From the NCBI GenBank assembly GCA_003601795.1, contig PIXU01000001.1:1-29459 (forward strand): 29,459 nt of DNA, in the 5' to 3' direction. Each line of letters begins with the position of its first letter. The first letter of the stretch is position 1. The position numbers and the translations under genes are program-made. Positions 8,557 through 18,346 of the stretch are shown here, in pieces. The DNA comes from Candidatus Methanophagales archaeon. Lineage in GTDB: Archaea; Halobacteriota; Syntropharchaeia; Alkanophagales; Methanospirareceae. The notes under the pieces are model-generated. The model saw only the letters and a list, made by a program, of their open reading frames with translations. It searched no databases and was not told the DNA's origin.

Positions 8557-9576
8557 ATGAAAAAGATAGCAGTTATAGCAGTTGAGATAATAATTGCAGC
8601 AATAGTAATTACTATTGGAACTCATTTTTATCTTCTGGCTGCGCCTACAACGCTTACCATAGGATATCAGCCAATCAACCACCACACAGCAGCGATACTG
8701 GCATCCGAAAAAGGATGGTGGGAGCAGGACCTTGCGAAATTTGGCATAGAAAAAGTCGAAATGAAAGAGTTCCCTACCGGACCTTCAGAGATGCACGCAA
8801 TGCTTGCTGGGGATATTGAGGTGGCTTATGTAGGTATGGCACCACCAATTTCAGCTATGTATGAGGGTTTAGATGCAAAGTTAATTGCAGGTGTGGAGAC
8901 CCAGGGAGACGCATTAGTTGTTCGTTCGGATCTTGCTGATAAATATGAAGGACCCCATTCTTTAAAAGGTATGACAATAGCAACCTACCCACCTGGTTCG
9001 ATTCCGCATACAATCCTCTCAAAGTGGCTTTTGGATAATGGGATAGATCCGGAAAAGGATGTAGATATAAAAGCAATGGGACCGAGCGATGCTGTTACAG
9101 CTATGGGAAGTAAAGCAGTAGATGCTGCTTTTATCTGCACTCCGTATCCTTCAATGATCGAAGAGGCAGGATATGGGATAATTGTGACGGTGGGAGGCGA
9201 GATGTGGCAGCATCATGCGTGCTGCTGTTTAGTTGCAAGTGGCGAAACAATTAGGAAACATCCTGAGGTGGTTAAGCAAATAATCAAAACGCATATTCGC
9301 GCCACTGAGTACATAAATATGTATCCTGACGACGCAGCAGAAATTTTTGGGAAGCGGTACAATATAAATGTAAAAACGATAATGCACTCACTAAACGCAA
9401 CTGGTATGCGCTGGATTCACAACCCGCATGCAGAGATAGAGGACGGGCTCGAATATGCGAGGGTCATTTACGAGTTGAATAGGGAGAGATATGAAGAAAA
9501 GGGAATTGAAGTACTCGAAGAAAAGGATATTTTTGATACCAGCTTCTACGATGAAATAAGAAGTAAAAAAGATTAA
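8557..9576 (+). CDS. ABC transporter substrate-binding protein 2, paralog of 5566..6597
   Basis: GAGG precedes the ATG at 8557. N-terminal TM anchor without a lipobox Cys. Collinear and highly similar to binding protein 1. Confidence 0.9.
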   Translation: MKKIAVIAVEIIIAAIVITIGTHFYLLAAPTTLTIGYQPINHHTAAILASEKGWWEQDLAKFGIEKVEMKEFPTGPSEMHAMLAGDIEVAYVGMAPPISAMYEGLDAKLIAGVETQGDALVVRSDLADKYEGPHSLKGMTIATYPPGSIPHTILSKWLLDNGIDPEKDVDIKAMGPSDAVTAMGSKAVDAAFICTPYPSMIEEAGYGIIVTVGGEMWQHHACCCLVASGETIRKHPEVVKQIIKTHIRATEYINMYPDDAAEIFGKRYNINVKTIMHSLNATGMRWIHNPHAEIEDGLEYARVIYELNRERYEEKGIEVLEEKDIFDTSFYDEIRSKKD

Positions 9577-9577
9577 A

Positions 9578-10351
9578 ATGAACCACAAACTTGAAATTCG
9601 GAATCTAACGAAGACGTTTAACACAGAAGACGGTGAAATGATGGCATTGGAAGACATTAGTATAGTAGTCAAGCCAGCTGAATTTTTGTGTATTATAGGG
9701 CCTTCGGGATGTGGGAAAACAACGCTGCTGAGAATGATAGCGGGTTTAGACCACCCGAGCAGTGGAGGGATTATTTTAGATGGGAAAGAGGTGAAAGGAC
9801 CTTCTCCGGATAGGGGGATGGTATTCCAGGAATTTTCGTTATTCCCATGGAGAACGGTTTTGAAGAACGTAGAATTCGGATTGGAAATAAAAGGAATGAA
9901 AGAAAAAGCGCGGAGAGAGATTGCAGAGAGATATATAGAGCTTGTAGGGCTAAGAGGCTTTGAAAATTGTTATCCATACGAACTTTCTGGAGGTATGAAG
10001 CAACGGGTAGCGATTGCTCGCGCGCTTGCGACTGACCCTGCGATTTTATTGATGGATGAGCCTTTTGGATCGGTGGATGCACAAACGAGAAACATACTTC
10101 AGGAAGAGCTGCTGGAGATTTGGAAAAGGACAAAGAAAACTGTTCTGTTCGTAACGCACAGTGTTGACGAAGCGGTATATCTCGCTGATAGAGTTGCAGT
10201 GATGTCTGCGAGACCGGGTTGCCTTATTAAGTGCCTTGATATAGATATACCGCGACCGAGGAAGCGAACGAGTGTAGAAGCGAATGCGTTCAGAGAGCAG
10301 TTGCTCATGTTGCTCCGCTTAGAACGTTCAAAGGCGTGTATTTCGGTTTAA
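9578..10351 (+). CDS. ABC transporter ATPase, SsuB/TauB/NrtD-like
   Basis: Walker A GPSGCGKT, Q-loop VFQEFSLFPW, signature LSGGMKQR, Walker B LLMDEPF, H-loop FVTHSVDEA. Confidence 0.95.
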   Translation: MNHKLEIRNLTKTFNTEDGEMMALEDISIVVKPAEFLCIIGPSGCGKTTLLRMIAGLDHPSSGGIILDGKEVKGPSPDRGMVFQEFSLFPWRTVLKNVEFGLEIKGMKEKARREIAERYIELVGLRGFENCYPYELSGGMKQRVAIARALATDPAILLMDEPFGSVDAQTRNILQEELLEIWKRTKKTVLFVTHSVDEAVYLADRVAVMSARPGCLIKCLDIDIPRPRKRTSVEANAFREQLLMLLRLERSKACISV

Positions 10352-10403
10352 TCCAGCGACTCTTTACCACATTTTCTATCTCCTCCACTCGACTCAAAAC
10401 CTT

Positions 10404-10538
10404 AAGCTTCTTACCACGAACCGAGAAATATCGTGTCTCAGCATTCCATTTCTCTTCTATATACCGCAACGCTTCTTGAATTATCCAATCGGTAGCAGCT
10501 ATTCTTGGACTCCCAGAGATACCAAAAAGCTTAACCAT
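10404..10538 (-). pseudogene. N-terminal fragment of an iron-sulfur flavoprotein/flavodoxin-family protein
   Basis: MVKLFGISGSPRIAATD...EALRY...ETRYFSVRGKKL resembles Isf N-termini. Similarity ends before the expected CxxCxxC. The ORF then runs into the convergent ATPase gene (stop at 10305). Confidence 0.65.
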
Positions 10539-10712
10539 TTCTTTTCAACCAGCATCTCTTCAATGGATCAGAAGGATAACTTTTACTTACTTATGACTTT
10601 CCTTTCTTCGCTGTCATCCACATTTTTTCCAAAATTGTCCTTATTTTCTACCTTTCCCTCTTCTCAATACACTCTCACATACAAATCACCCGCAGCCTTT
10701 AATCACGGGCAT

Positions 10713-11675
10713 TCATAATGTCTCTAACCCAAAGGACTCCAGCAGCACCTCTGTATTTATCTTCCCACTGGTAAACGTTTTTCCGCTGTTCAGTTCGTTC
10801 ACCGTGATTTCCGCAGGTGCGAACATACCGGCATCTACTTTAAAGAAGTCGAAACCTGCTTCCTTAAATGTGACGTAGAACGGTTTTCCATAATCCCGTG
10901 AGTTCAACGAAGGCACTTTCTTCACGTATCCTTTCAATCCCTTCACGTCATCGTAATCCACCGCGTAATACACGCGACCACAGTAGATGATGCAATCGTT
11001 AGTAGAGCCCATGCATTTCACATCGTCACCAACCACAGGCGAGAGCGGTATAATGCCATGCGCATGTTTTATGCTGTTTATGTCGAATCCTAAAGAATCT
11101 AACTTGTGAATGCCAGTCTCAATACCTCTTGCTGATATTTGCACGGACCCGGCAATAGAGGCAGTTGGTACCACCACGATATAAAGGTCTTCGGGTTCCA
11201 CGCTGCACTCTTCCGCTATTTTCGTTGTCACTTCCTCATCAGGTATCTTGCTGCTTTCCAGTATTAACACCGCTTCATCTGCATCGTCTGCATATAATAT
11301 CTTATCATACAGCTCTCGTGGCTTACACGAAAGCGCCCTCGCCGGTCCCGATCCCATGCCGAAGTAATCCTTCACTTTTATCCGCCAGCCGGCGTATTGC
11401 GATGCCATGCAGGCGACTACGGGATGGTCAGTGGTAAGCTCTACGGCTGGCGCCACCAATTTGCCGAGGTCAAAGCTGCTGAATTTGATGTCCGCAAGGT
11501 CCGCCATGCATATCCTCGCTACGTACAAGCCCGCTTCAAATCCTCCTTCTTCTTCTACCCCTACATCTATTATCGTCGTTCCATTATCCAGCTCCTCTAT
11601 ACCCACTTGCAATTCCTCTGAGTTGTCCATCATTTCCTCGAATACGTCCAATCCATACTCATTCACGCTTATCAT
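10713..11675 (-). CDS. mch: Methenyltetrahydromethanopterin cyclohydrolase
   Basis: MISVNE..., TTIIDVGV...[62 protein letters not shown]. Confidence 0.97.
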   Translation of the reverse strand: MISVNEYGLDVFEEMMDNSEELQVGIEELDNGTTIIDVGVEEEGGFEAGLYVARICMADLADIKFSSFDLGKLVAPAVELTTDHPVVACMASQYAGWRIKVKDYFGMGSGPARALSCKPRELYDKILYADDADEAVLILESSKIPDEEVTTKIAEECSVEPEDLYIVVVPTASIAGSVQISARGIETGIHKLDSLGFDINSIKHAHGIIPLSPVVGDDVKCMGSTNDCIIYCGRVYYAVDYDDVKGLKGYVKKVPSLNSRDYGKPFYVTFKEAGFDFFKVDAGMFAPAEITVNELNSGKTFTSGKINTEVLLESFGLETL

Positions 11676-11798
11676 CTTTTTTTCTCACCATTGCTATTAG
11701 TAATACATGCACCTATTTATAGGAATATGATTTGTTGCGAGGCTTATAAAAACAAAAAAAACAAAAACTTTAAAAAGGCTGAGTTCCTTAATATATAT

Positions 11799-12380
11799 AT
11801 GCACGAAGATAGAATAGCGATTTTCGACCCTAGAATAAGGATAAACGTATTGGAGGAACTAATTTATCCCTCTATTTTTTACTCCACCTGGCGAACGGAA
11901 AAAGAAAAAATCCGTGCGATGTACAGGCATAAAATCAGGATTGGTAAAAGCATAGAACGGGTTGGAGATGCAGAAGAGAAAGAAAAATTATACGGCAGTC
12001 TGGACGAACTTTATTTGAATTATGTCGCTCTGTTTGGATTTTCATCGGTTGAGGTGAAAAAATGCGAGACAGAGGTCGAGGAAGAAGTAAGAGAAATAAG
12101 GACATATCCCCCTGCCTATGCCCATGTGTCCGGCGAATCACAAGAAGAAGTACCTGTGCCTGCATCTACAAAATGGATAAAAGCTCGTGTAGAAATGCTA
12201 TTGGCTCAGGTTTTTAAGATATCTTATGCGCACATGGCACAGAGTGGATTGACAACGCTCGAGAGCGATTTAAGTAGCTTGGAAAGGAAACTATTTGAAG
12301 AACCGGATTCTCAAGTGAAGGCAGGCATAATTGAAGAGATAGAAAAGGCGAGAGAACTTTTGCTCTTGCTCAGCGAATGA
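11799..12380 (+). CDS. Hypothetical protein (about 193 aa), divergent from mch
   Basis: Long ORF with genome-typical Glu/Lys-rich composition. The ATG at 11799 follows an AT-rich stretch. No family recognised. Confidence 0.6.
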   Translation: MHEDRIAIFDPRIRINVLEELIYPSIFYSTWRTEKEKIRAMYRHKIRIGKSIERVGDAEEKEKLYGSLDELYLNYVALFGFSSVEVKKCETEVEEEVREIRTYPPAYAHVSGESQEEVPVPASTKWIKARVEMLLAQVFKISYAHMAQSGLTTLESDLSSLERKLFEEPDSQVKAGIIEEIEKARELLLLLSE

Positions 12381-12611
12381 GAGATGAAGGAAGAGAAAGG
12401 GGATTTGAAAAAGCAGACCTTGCTGTTCAGGGACTTAGTTGGCGATGAGCTTTTCTGGTTAAGACGTTGGAGAAAAACAGGGACAGATTTGAGCAGTTAG
12501 CACAGGCAATCCTGGAATATTTCAGGTGTTCGTAGTTATCCGCCCTACACCCAGACTGCAATTATGCCCTCTGGGATTCACGGAGTTCAGGAGGTTAGCC
12601 AGTCTGACAAA

Positions 12612-13829
12612 TCACTTGACCATCTTCCTTATAAGATCAACGTCTGCATCCACCTCTTTCGGTGACTCGCATATTTCTATCACACGTTCCGGGTCTTTCA
12701 ATAAATGCCCGGTAGTGATGCATACAATCTTCTCCTCCCTTTCTATTTCGCCCATCTTGACTAATTTCTTCAGCCCTGCAATAGACGCCGCACTTGCAGG
12801 CTCTACACCTATGCCCTCCTGCCTTGCCAATTCGAGCTGTGCCTCCGTTATCTCATCATCTGTCACAGATTCTGCAACACCACCTGAGTCTCTAATGGCG
12901 TGCAATGCCTTCGCGGCATTCACCGGATTCCCTATTCTTATCGCAGATGCAATAGTTTCTGGTTTATCTTCCGGTATAATCTCCCCTCTCCCTTCCTTAA
13001 ATGCATTCACTACTGGTTTCGCACCCTCTGCTTGAATACCTGTCATCTTTGGAATAGAACCTGTAATGCCGACAGTCTTCAACTCCAAAAAACCTTTAAA
13101 AATCGCACTTATGTTACCTGCATTCCCAACCGGCAGAATCACCCTATCAGGAACCTCCCACTTAAGTTTTTCCGCAATTTCAAACGCTATTGTCTTCTGA
13201 CCTTCCAACCGATATGGATTCACAGAATTCAATAGATAAAGTTTCTCTTCCTCGCACAGCACTCGCACTATCTTCAAGGCATCATCAAAATTCCCTCGAA
13301 GCGAGATTACTTTTGCACCGTGCATCATCGCTTGTGCTACTTTCCCTAATGCTACTTTACCTTTTGGCAGCAGAACGTAGCTGGGGATACCGGCTTTCGC
13401 AGCAAAAATAGCAAGTGATGCGGAAGTATTACCCGTGGATGCACATGCCACGCCTTTCACACCTAATTCTATCGCTTTCGTTACACCAACTGTCATCCCG
13501 CGGTCTTTAAACGACCCGGAAGGGTTCATACCCTCGTGTTTTACCCATAGCTCATCCACGCCGATAGATTTCGCAAGTCTGTCACACCTGTACAAAGGCG
13601 TGTTGCCTTCCTTTATTGTTATGGGTTTTGTATCTTCTGCGAAAGGCAGTAAAACACGGTATTTCCACACGCCTTCCCCTTTGGGTTCGACCACTCGCTC
13701 TACATCTATCCCGGAATAATCGTAATTTATATCCAGCAAACCGCCGCATTTACTGCATGTATATAATATGTCTTCCTTAGAGAAGCATGCGCCGCATCTT
13801 ATACATTTTACTTTGTACTCTTCGCTCAT
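12612..13829 (-). CDS. thrC: Threonine synthase
   Basis: Zn-ribbon N-terminus, TIKEGNTPL, PLP-lysine motif NPSGSFKDRGM, ASTGNTSAS, LNSVNPYRLEGQKT, PVGNAGN, VEPASAA, TGHLLKDP. Confidence 0.92.
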   Translation of the reverse strand: MSEEYKVKCIRCGACFSKEDILYTCSKCGGLLDINYDYSGIDVERVVEPKGEGVWKYRVLLPFAEDTKPITIKEGNTPLYRCDRLAKSIGVDELWVKHEGMNPSGSFKDRGMTVGVTKAIELGVKGVACASTGNTSASLAIFAAKAGIPSYVLLPKGKVALGKVAQAMMHGAKVISLRGNFDDALKIVRVLCEEEKLYLLNSVNPYRLEGQKTIAFEIAEKLKWEVPDRVILPVGNAGNISAIFKGFLELKTVGITGSIPKMTGIQAEGAKPVVNAFKEGRGEIIPEDKPETIASAIRIGNPVNAAKALHAIRDSGGVAESVTDDEITEAQLELARQEGIGVEPASAASIAGLKKLVKMGEIEREEKIVCITTGHLLKDPERVIEICESPKEVDADVDLIRKMVK

Positions 13830-14477
13830 GTTCTTTTAAGACACCCTATTTGTAATTGTACATTATACTATATGATAAGATAATCAACTACAATGTAAAT
13901 AGAATAAACAGAAATAAGGAAATGAGGTAGTATGGATGTAGTTTATCAGGCGATATTTAAATCTAAATACAGAGAGGAGAGAGGCGAAGAAGAACTGTCT
14001 CTTACCTGAATATTGCCAGATGGCAGTAGTTCCTGCTGTGATTTCTTTGCATCTTCCACGTCATCCTGCGAGAAAATGGTTCACAAACACTTTGATGTCA
14101 CTTGCTAAGGAGCGGCAAACCGTCATTGAGAACTCATATTCAGCTCTCAGATGTCCGCTCCATCCCTCTTTTAGTCCTCTCTTCATTATACCTGCATAAT
14201 TTTCCCTTTCGTTGGGCATTTTGATCACCTTATCGAAAATAACTATGCACTCATCCCTTTCTAACCTTATGCCCATAGGAAATCAAATGGGGGTGGAAAG
14301 AAAGAAAGCTATCTTATCTCCGGTGTATTTGCTAATATTTCATGGACTTAATTTATCGAAAGGCTGTCCAACAATTCAAAATCGGAAGAAAAAGAAAGGC
14401 AAATAGTACTTTAAATCCAAAAAGAAGCAAAATCTTTGGCATCAAAAGCAATTGCGGGACAGCCTTCGAGTTTTTCC

Positions 14478-14509
14478 AAAAAATAAAAAAATAAAAAATA
14501 AGATAAAAA
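14478..14509 (-). terminator. Oligo(dT)-rich archaeal terminator candidate downstream of fwdC
   Basis: Repeated A5-A7 runs on the plus strand give T-tracts on the coding strand, 20-50 nt after the fwdC stop. Confidence 0.5.
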
Positions 14510-14527
14510 TATCTAAACGTAGTTACC

Positions 14528-15313
14528 TCACTTTACGTAAAGCACACCTTTTGCACGCTTCTCCATCATTGCAAGGTCGCCTAGATATTTCTTATACTCC
14601 TCACCTTCTATTGTTGCAGTTTCCACGAACTTAAATGAGGGCATCATATCCCGCACCTTACCTTTCACTGTTATTTCTCCGCCTGTCATATCAGCACCGG
14701 GCATTATTGCATCGCCTTCTATCGTTATCTTCCCGCCTTTCATGTTCAGTCCCGTGAGAATACCCGCATTCCCTTTTATCAATATCTCGCCTCCAGCCAT
14801 GTACTGCCCGACACACTCACCCGCATCTCCGCCTACTGTCACTTTACCGCCTGTCATACCGGTCATCTCGCCTCTGTACATTGCACACAGGTTATCCCCG
14901 GCATCGCCTTCTATAATCAGTTCTCCACCTCGCATTTCACGACCCGCCCAGCAATCAGCATTTCCTTTAACTGTTACTCGACCTCCTTGCATCATCGCAC
15001 CACAGTGCATGTCCACGTCACCCAATGCCTCTATCTCGCCGGCTTTCATACCGTCGCCTATATGTTTCACCCTTGACAAATCGCCTTCCATCACTATCTT
15101 CACTTCATCCGCACTCGCAGCTTCTCCCTCCACGCTCACATCAAACAGGTCACCCGTATTCTCTTCCTTGTTTCCCCACCAGACCTTCACAGCTTTTATT
15201 TCCGCTTCGTTCTTACCAAACAGTTTATCAGGAGTCAAAGAATCCACCTCAACAGGTATTTTCGCAATTCCACTCGTAATTTCTTCTTTTAACTTCAATC
15301 TTATCGTCTGCAT
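14528..15313 (-). CDS. fwdC: Formylmethanofuran dehydrogenase subunit C
   Basis: Gly-rich beta-helix repeats (HIGDGMKAGEI, HCGAMMQGG, GREMRGG) and GDLFDV. The ATG at 15313 avoids overlap with fwdA. W versus Mo isoenzyme cannot be told from the sequence. Confidence 0.93.
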   Translation of the reverse strand: MQTIRLKLKEEITSGIAKIPVEVDSLTPDKLFGKNEAEIKAVKVWWGNKEENTGDLFDVSVEGEAASADEVKIVMEGDLSRVKHIGDGMKAGEIEALGDVDMHCGAMMQGGRVTVKGNADCWAGREMRGGELIIEGDAGDNLCAMYRGEMTGMTGGKVTVGGDAGECVGQYMAGGEILIKGNAGILTGLNMKGGKITIEGDAIMPGADMTGGEITVKGKVRDMMPSFKFVETATIEGEEYKKYLGDLAMMEKRAKGVLYVK

Positions 15314-15333
15314 TTTTTTTCTCTCCTCTTCTA

Positions 15334-17025
15334 TTAGCTCCTCCATGGCGCTTTTATCTCGTACGGATTCGGCACATAAGCGTCCTGAACCGGATAATTA
15401 TTGAAAGTCACTGAGTAGTAATGCTCGAATTTGTCCTTCAGGTGGGTCATCATCTCTTCCGTAAGCTTTTCGTCGCATTCCGGCGTTACGAAATACGTCT
15501 TTCCCGCTGGTGCCGCTACTACTTCTCCATCCTTTACCACCACTTCACCACCTTTTATTGTATATTTTGTATTCAAGAAAGCCTTCTGTATTTTCCCCGC
15601 TTCGCGTTCCTCTGGTGAGAGATCGTAAATTGCAACGTCACCGTCCGCACCTACACCAAGATGCCCCTTTCCATGCTCGTGCAACCCCAAAGTCTTCGCA
15701 GCCATTCCTCTTGTTATTATCGCTATCTCATTTAAATCGTATTCGCGGTCTATTGAAGGCAGTTCTGCTCTTTTGTATATTGCAGAATGCATATCCTCTG
15801 CGGACTCATCCCGCCTGCGCTTGCTCATCAGCATGGAAATAATAATCGGATACCCGATGAACGGACCGGCATTTGGATGGTCAGTTGTGAGTGCGAGCTT
15901 CCACGGGTCTTTAATCAGCAATGCCAATTCCTGACCTATTGCCCATTGAATAGTATGCACACTCACTTTCCCAGAATACAAGAAAGGAGTTATTCCTGAG
16001 CCTGTTTCAAGTTCGACATCGTGATTCGTCCATTTGCGACCCGTTATCTGATACAGACTGTATTCCATCGGTCCGTCAGCGGTCATTGTCGTCGTATCCC
16101 CTAATATCACTGAACCGAGGTCAATGCTAACGTGCTCGTTTTTGTTTACATAATCTGCAATCGCACCTGCCTTCGACTCGAAATCAGCCCACGTCGTTCC
16201 GCCGTAAGAATGAAACTGCGTGTGTGTCGCATGCATAGTCGGGCGGTCCCTATATGGTTTTATTCCTTTTACGAGGTCATAAGTTGACGTCGTTACTTCA
16301 TAGTTTCCCGGATGACCGAGCATATTCCCATGCACATGAATGGAATGAGGCATTTCGAACTTCTCGGTAGCCTCTGCTAATCCCTTTACTATCTCCGCCG
16401 GCGTAACATCGAAATAAGGCACGGCATCATTTAAATCGCAGTTCTTTGCCCATGCCCACGCCTCTGTTCCGCCGGGATTCACTACTTTCACGCCGTATCC
16501 CTTTGTTGCTTTCACCATCCACGCAATATAAGCCGCAAGCAGGTCTGTATCGCCGCTCTTCACATACTCCATTGTCATCCAGTTGTTGTCAATAAGAGGC
16601 AGTGCTGCATTGTCCAATATCGGGATATCAACTATCTCCTCATGCGTGTGCCTTGCCGCAAGAGGTGGCATTGCCGCTTCCATCACAAATGTATACCCCA
16701 TCTTCGCATACCGGTAGCCCGTAGCGAAAGTATTAGGTACTGAATAGCCTGACTGCGCTCTGCAAACTTTCGTCTTCGCCTCTCTTCCTTTCCTTCCATC
16801 CTCAGGTCTGAAAAGCCTTCCTGCATTTACTTTACCACCGGCAATGTGTGCATGTATGTCTACACCACCAGGCATCACCACTCTCCCTTCTGCATCTATC
16901 ACCTTCGGATTTCTTACCTCTTCCACTACCTTACCATCACGAATGCAAATATCCTTCTTCTCTCCGTTCACGCCATTTATGGGGTCGTAAACCACTCCAT
17001 TCCGTATCAATAATTCTTCAACCAT
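15334..17025 (-). CDS. fwdA: Formylmethanofuran dehydrogenase subunit A
   Basis: Amidohydrolase motif MPGGVDIHAHIAGGKVN, GYRYAKMGYT, VKVVNPGG, LTTDHPNAGPF. Confidence 0.96.
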   Translation of the reverse strand: MVEELLIRNGVVYDPINGVNGEKKDICIRDGKVVEEVRNPKVIDAEGRVVMPGGVDIHAHIAGGKVNAGRLFRPEDGRKGREAKTKVCRAQSGYSVPNTFATGYRYAKMGYTFVMEAAMPPLAARHTHEEIVDIPILDNAALPLIDNNWMTMEYVKSGDTDLLAAYIAWMVKATKGYGVKVVNPGGTEAWAWAKNCDLNDAVPYFDVTPAEIVKGLAEATEKFEMPHSIHVHGNMLGHPGNYEVTTSTYDLVKGIKPYRDRPTMHATHTQFHSYGGTTWADFESKAGAIADYVNKNEHVSIDLGSVILGDTTTMTADGPMEYSLYQITGRKWTNHDVELETGSGITPFLYSGKVSVHTIQWAIGQELALLIKDPWKLALTTDHPNAGPFIGYPIIISMLMSKRRRDESAEDMHSAIYKRAELPSIDREYDLNEIAIITRGMAAKTLGLHEHGKGHLGVGADGDVAIYDLSPEEREAGKIQKAFLNTKYTIKGGEVVVKDGEVVAAPAGKTYFVTPECDEKLTEEMMTHLKDKFEHYYSVTFNNYPVQDAYVPNPYEIKAPWRS

Positions 17026-17026
17026 T

Positions 17027-18331
17027 TTACTCGCCCTCCTTTTCCTTTATCGCCCTCACTTCTCCCAGTATCCTCTCCAGTATCTCTTCATCCGCCATGT
17101 ATTCCGTATCTACCAACTTACGCAGTCGTATAGGAATATTGTCCATCCGATAAACGTTCCCTTCCGCTTCTATTCCGCTTATCGCAGCCGGAATGACAAC
17201 ATCTGCAAATTCGGTCGTCGGATTAGGAAATGGGTCTATCTGAATAACCGGAATCTTAGCGAGATGTCTTATTGACTCACCCGGGAAGTGCGCACCTGGA
17301 TCAGAAGCAATAAATAACGCTACATCACACTCGCGTCTAATTAAAAGGTCAGTAGCCGAATGTTCCCCCGGATTATACCACGCATAACCTCGGGATAAAT
17401 CAACGGCAAATGGATAACCGGTTTCCCACGTGCATACCTGATTGATTCCCGCTACGTTGTAATGCCCGCGCATCGGCATTATATTAAACTTGGTGTGCGT
17501 ATGTGCTGCTCTTGTCGTTTGTATTGCATTTACGATATTGTTGTGCCTTGCTCCGGTGTGCGTCACACCCATGCCAAAGAAAATTATCCCGAATTTTGCT
17601 TCTTTCATCATCCTCACGGTCTCTAACAGGTCTTTCTTTGACACACCACCCACTACTTCTGGCACCACATCTTCATAGCCATACAGCATAGCTCGTAACG
17701 CAGAGAACACCAGATAATCTTTCCCTTGCTCTATTTGTAAGAACACGTCTGCCATCTTTGCCGTCGCTGTCCTTCTCACATCCACTACAATAAGTTTCTT
17801 GTTCTTTTTGCCTTCCGCTGTCCAATACCCCTTTGAGATATAAGAGTAGCGCTTCATGTGGTTTGCATGCGCAGCAGCAGGATTCGCACCCCAGTATATC
17901 ACGAGGTCTGCACGGTTTTTTACCTCTCCAAGCGTGCAACTTGGCAGACCAACATCCTGAATCGCCAGCACTGAAGGACCGTGACACACTGAAGCAGTAT
18001 TATCTATAACCGCGCCTATCTCCTCTGCAAGCTCTACTCCCACTTTATCCGCTTCACAAACCGTAGAACTCCATCCATACAAAAGCGGTCTTCTCGCAGC
18101 CGCCAGTATCTCCGCAGCCTTCTTTATCGCATCATCGTAAGAACAGTCCTTCAAACTGCCGTTTTCTCTTATCGCTGGGCTTTCTATCCTTCCATGCCCC
18201 ATTAACTTGCTCTTTCCCACCGAACATGCTCCCTTTTTCACCTTCGTCACATTGTTATCCTCGACTTCTACCACTATATCGTCGCATACGCACCCACATA
18301 AAGAGCATACAACATCCGTAATTTCTACCAT
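17027..18331 (-). CDS. fwdB: Formylmethanofuran dehydrogenase subunit B (catalytic, Cys-ligated)
   Basis: CSLCGCVCDDI...C [4Fe-4S] motif, SVCHGPS, TLGEVKNRADL, PMRGHYNVAG, GNVYRMD. Confidence 0.96.
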   Translation of the reverse strand: MVEITDVVCSLCGCVCDDIVVEVEDNNVTKVKKGACSVGKSKLMGHGRIESPAIRENGSLKDCSYDDAIKKAAEILAAARRPLLYGWSSTVCEADKVGVELAEEIGAVIDNTASVCHGPSVLAIQDVGLPSCTLGEVKNRADLVIYWGANPAAAHANHMKRYSYISKGYWTAEGKKNKKLIVVDVRRTATAKMADVFLQIEQGKDYLVFSALRAMLYGYEDVVPEVVGGVSKKDLLETVRMMKEAKFGIIFFGMGVTHTGARHNNIVNAIQTTRAAHTHTKFNIMPMRGHYNVAGINQVCTWETGYPFAVDLSRGYAWYNPGEHSATDLLIRRECDVALFIASDPGAHFPGESIRHLAKIPVIQIDPFPNPTTEFADVVIPAAISGIEAEGNVYRMDNIPIRLRKLVDTEYMADEEILERILGEVRAIKEKEGE

Positions 18332-18346
18332 TTCTTTTTTTACCCC

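Noticed and set aside
10670-10702. GDLYV DnaJ-like motif on the minus strand after mch
   Set aside because: Only about 10 codons between stops; probably chance.
12612-13829. Cysteate synthase (a ThrC paralog for CoM synthesis), tempting because of the comE remnant
   Set aside because: It has the canonical ThrC NPSGSFKDRGM motif. The cysteate-synthase-type SFKELE motif, as I recall it, is absent.
13932-14410. Short ORFs between thrC and fwdC (25 aa on plus with an SD; 71 aa on minus)
   Set aside because: Possibly more gene debris, but no recognisable family.
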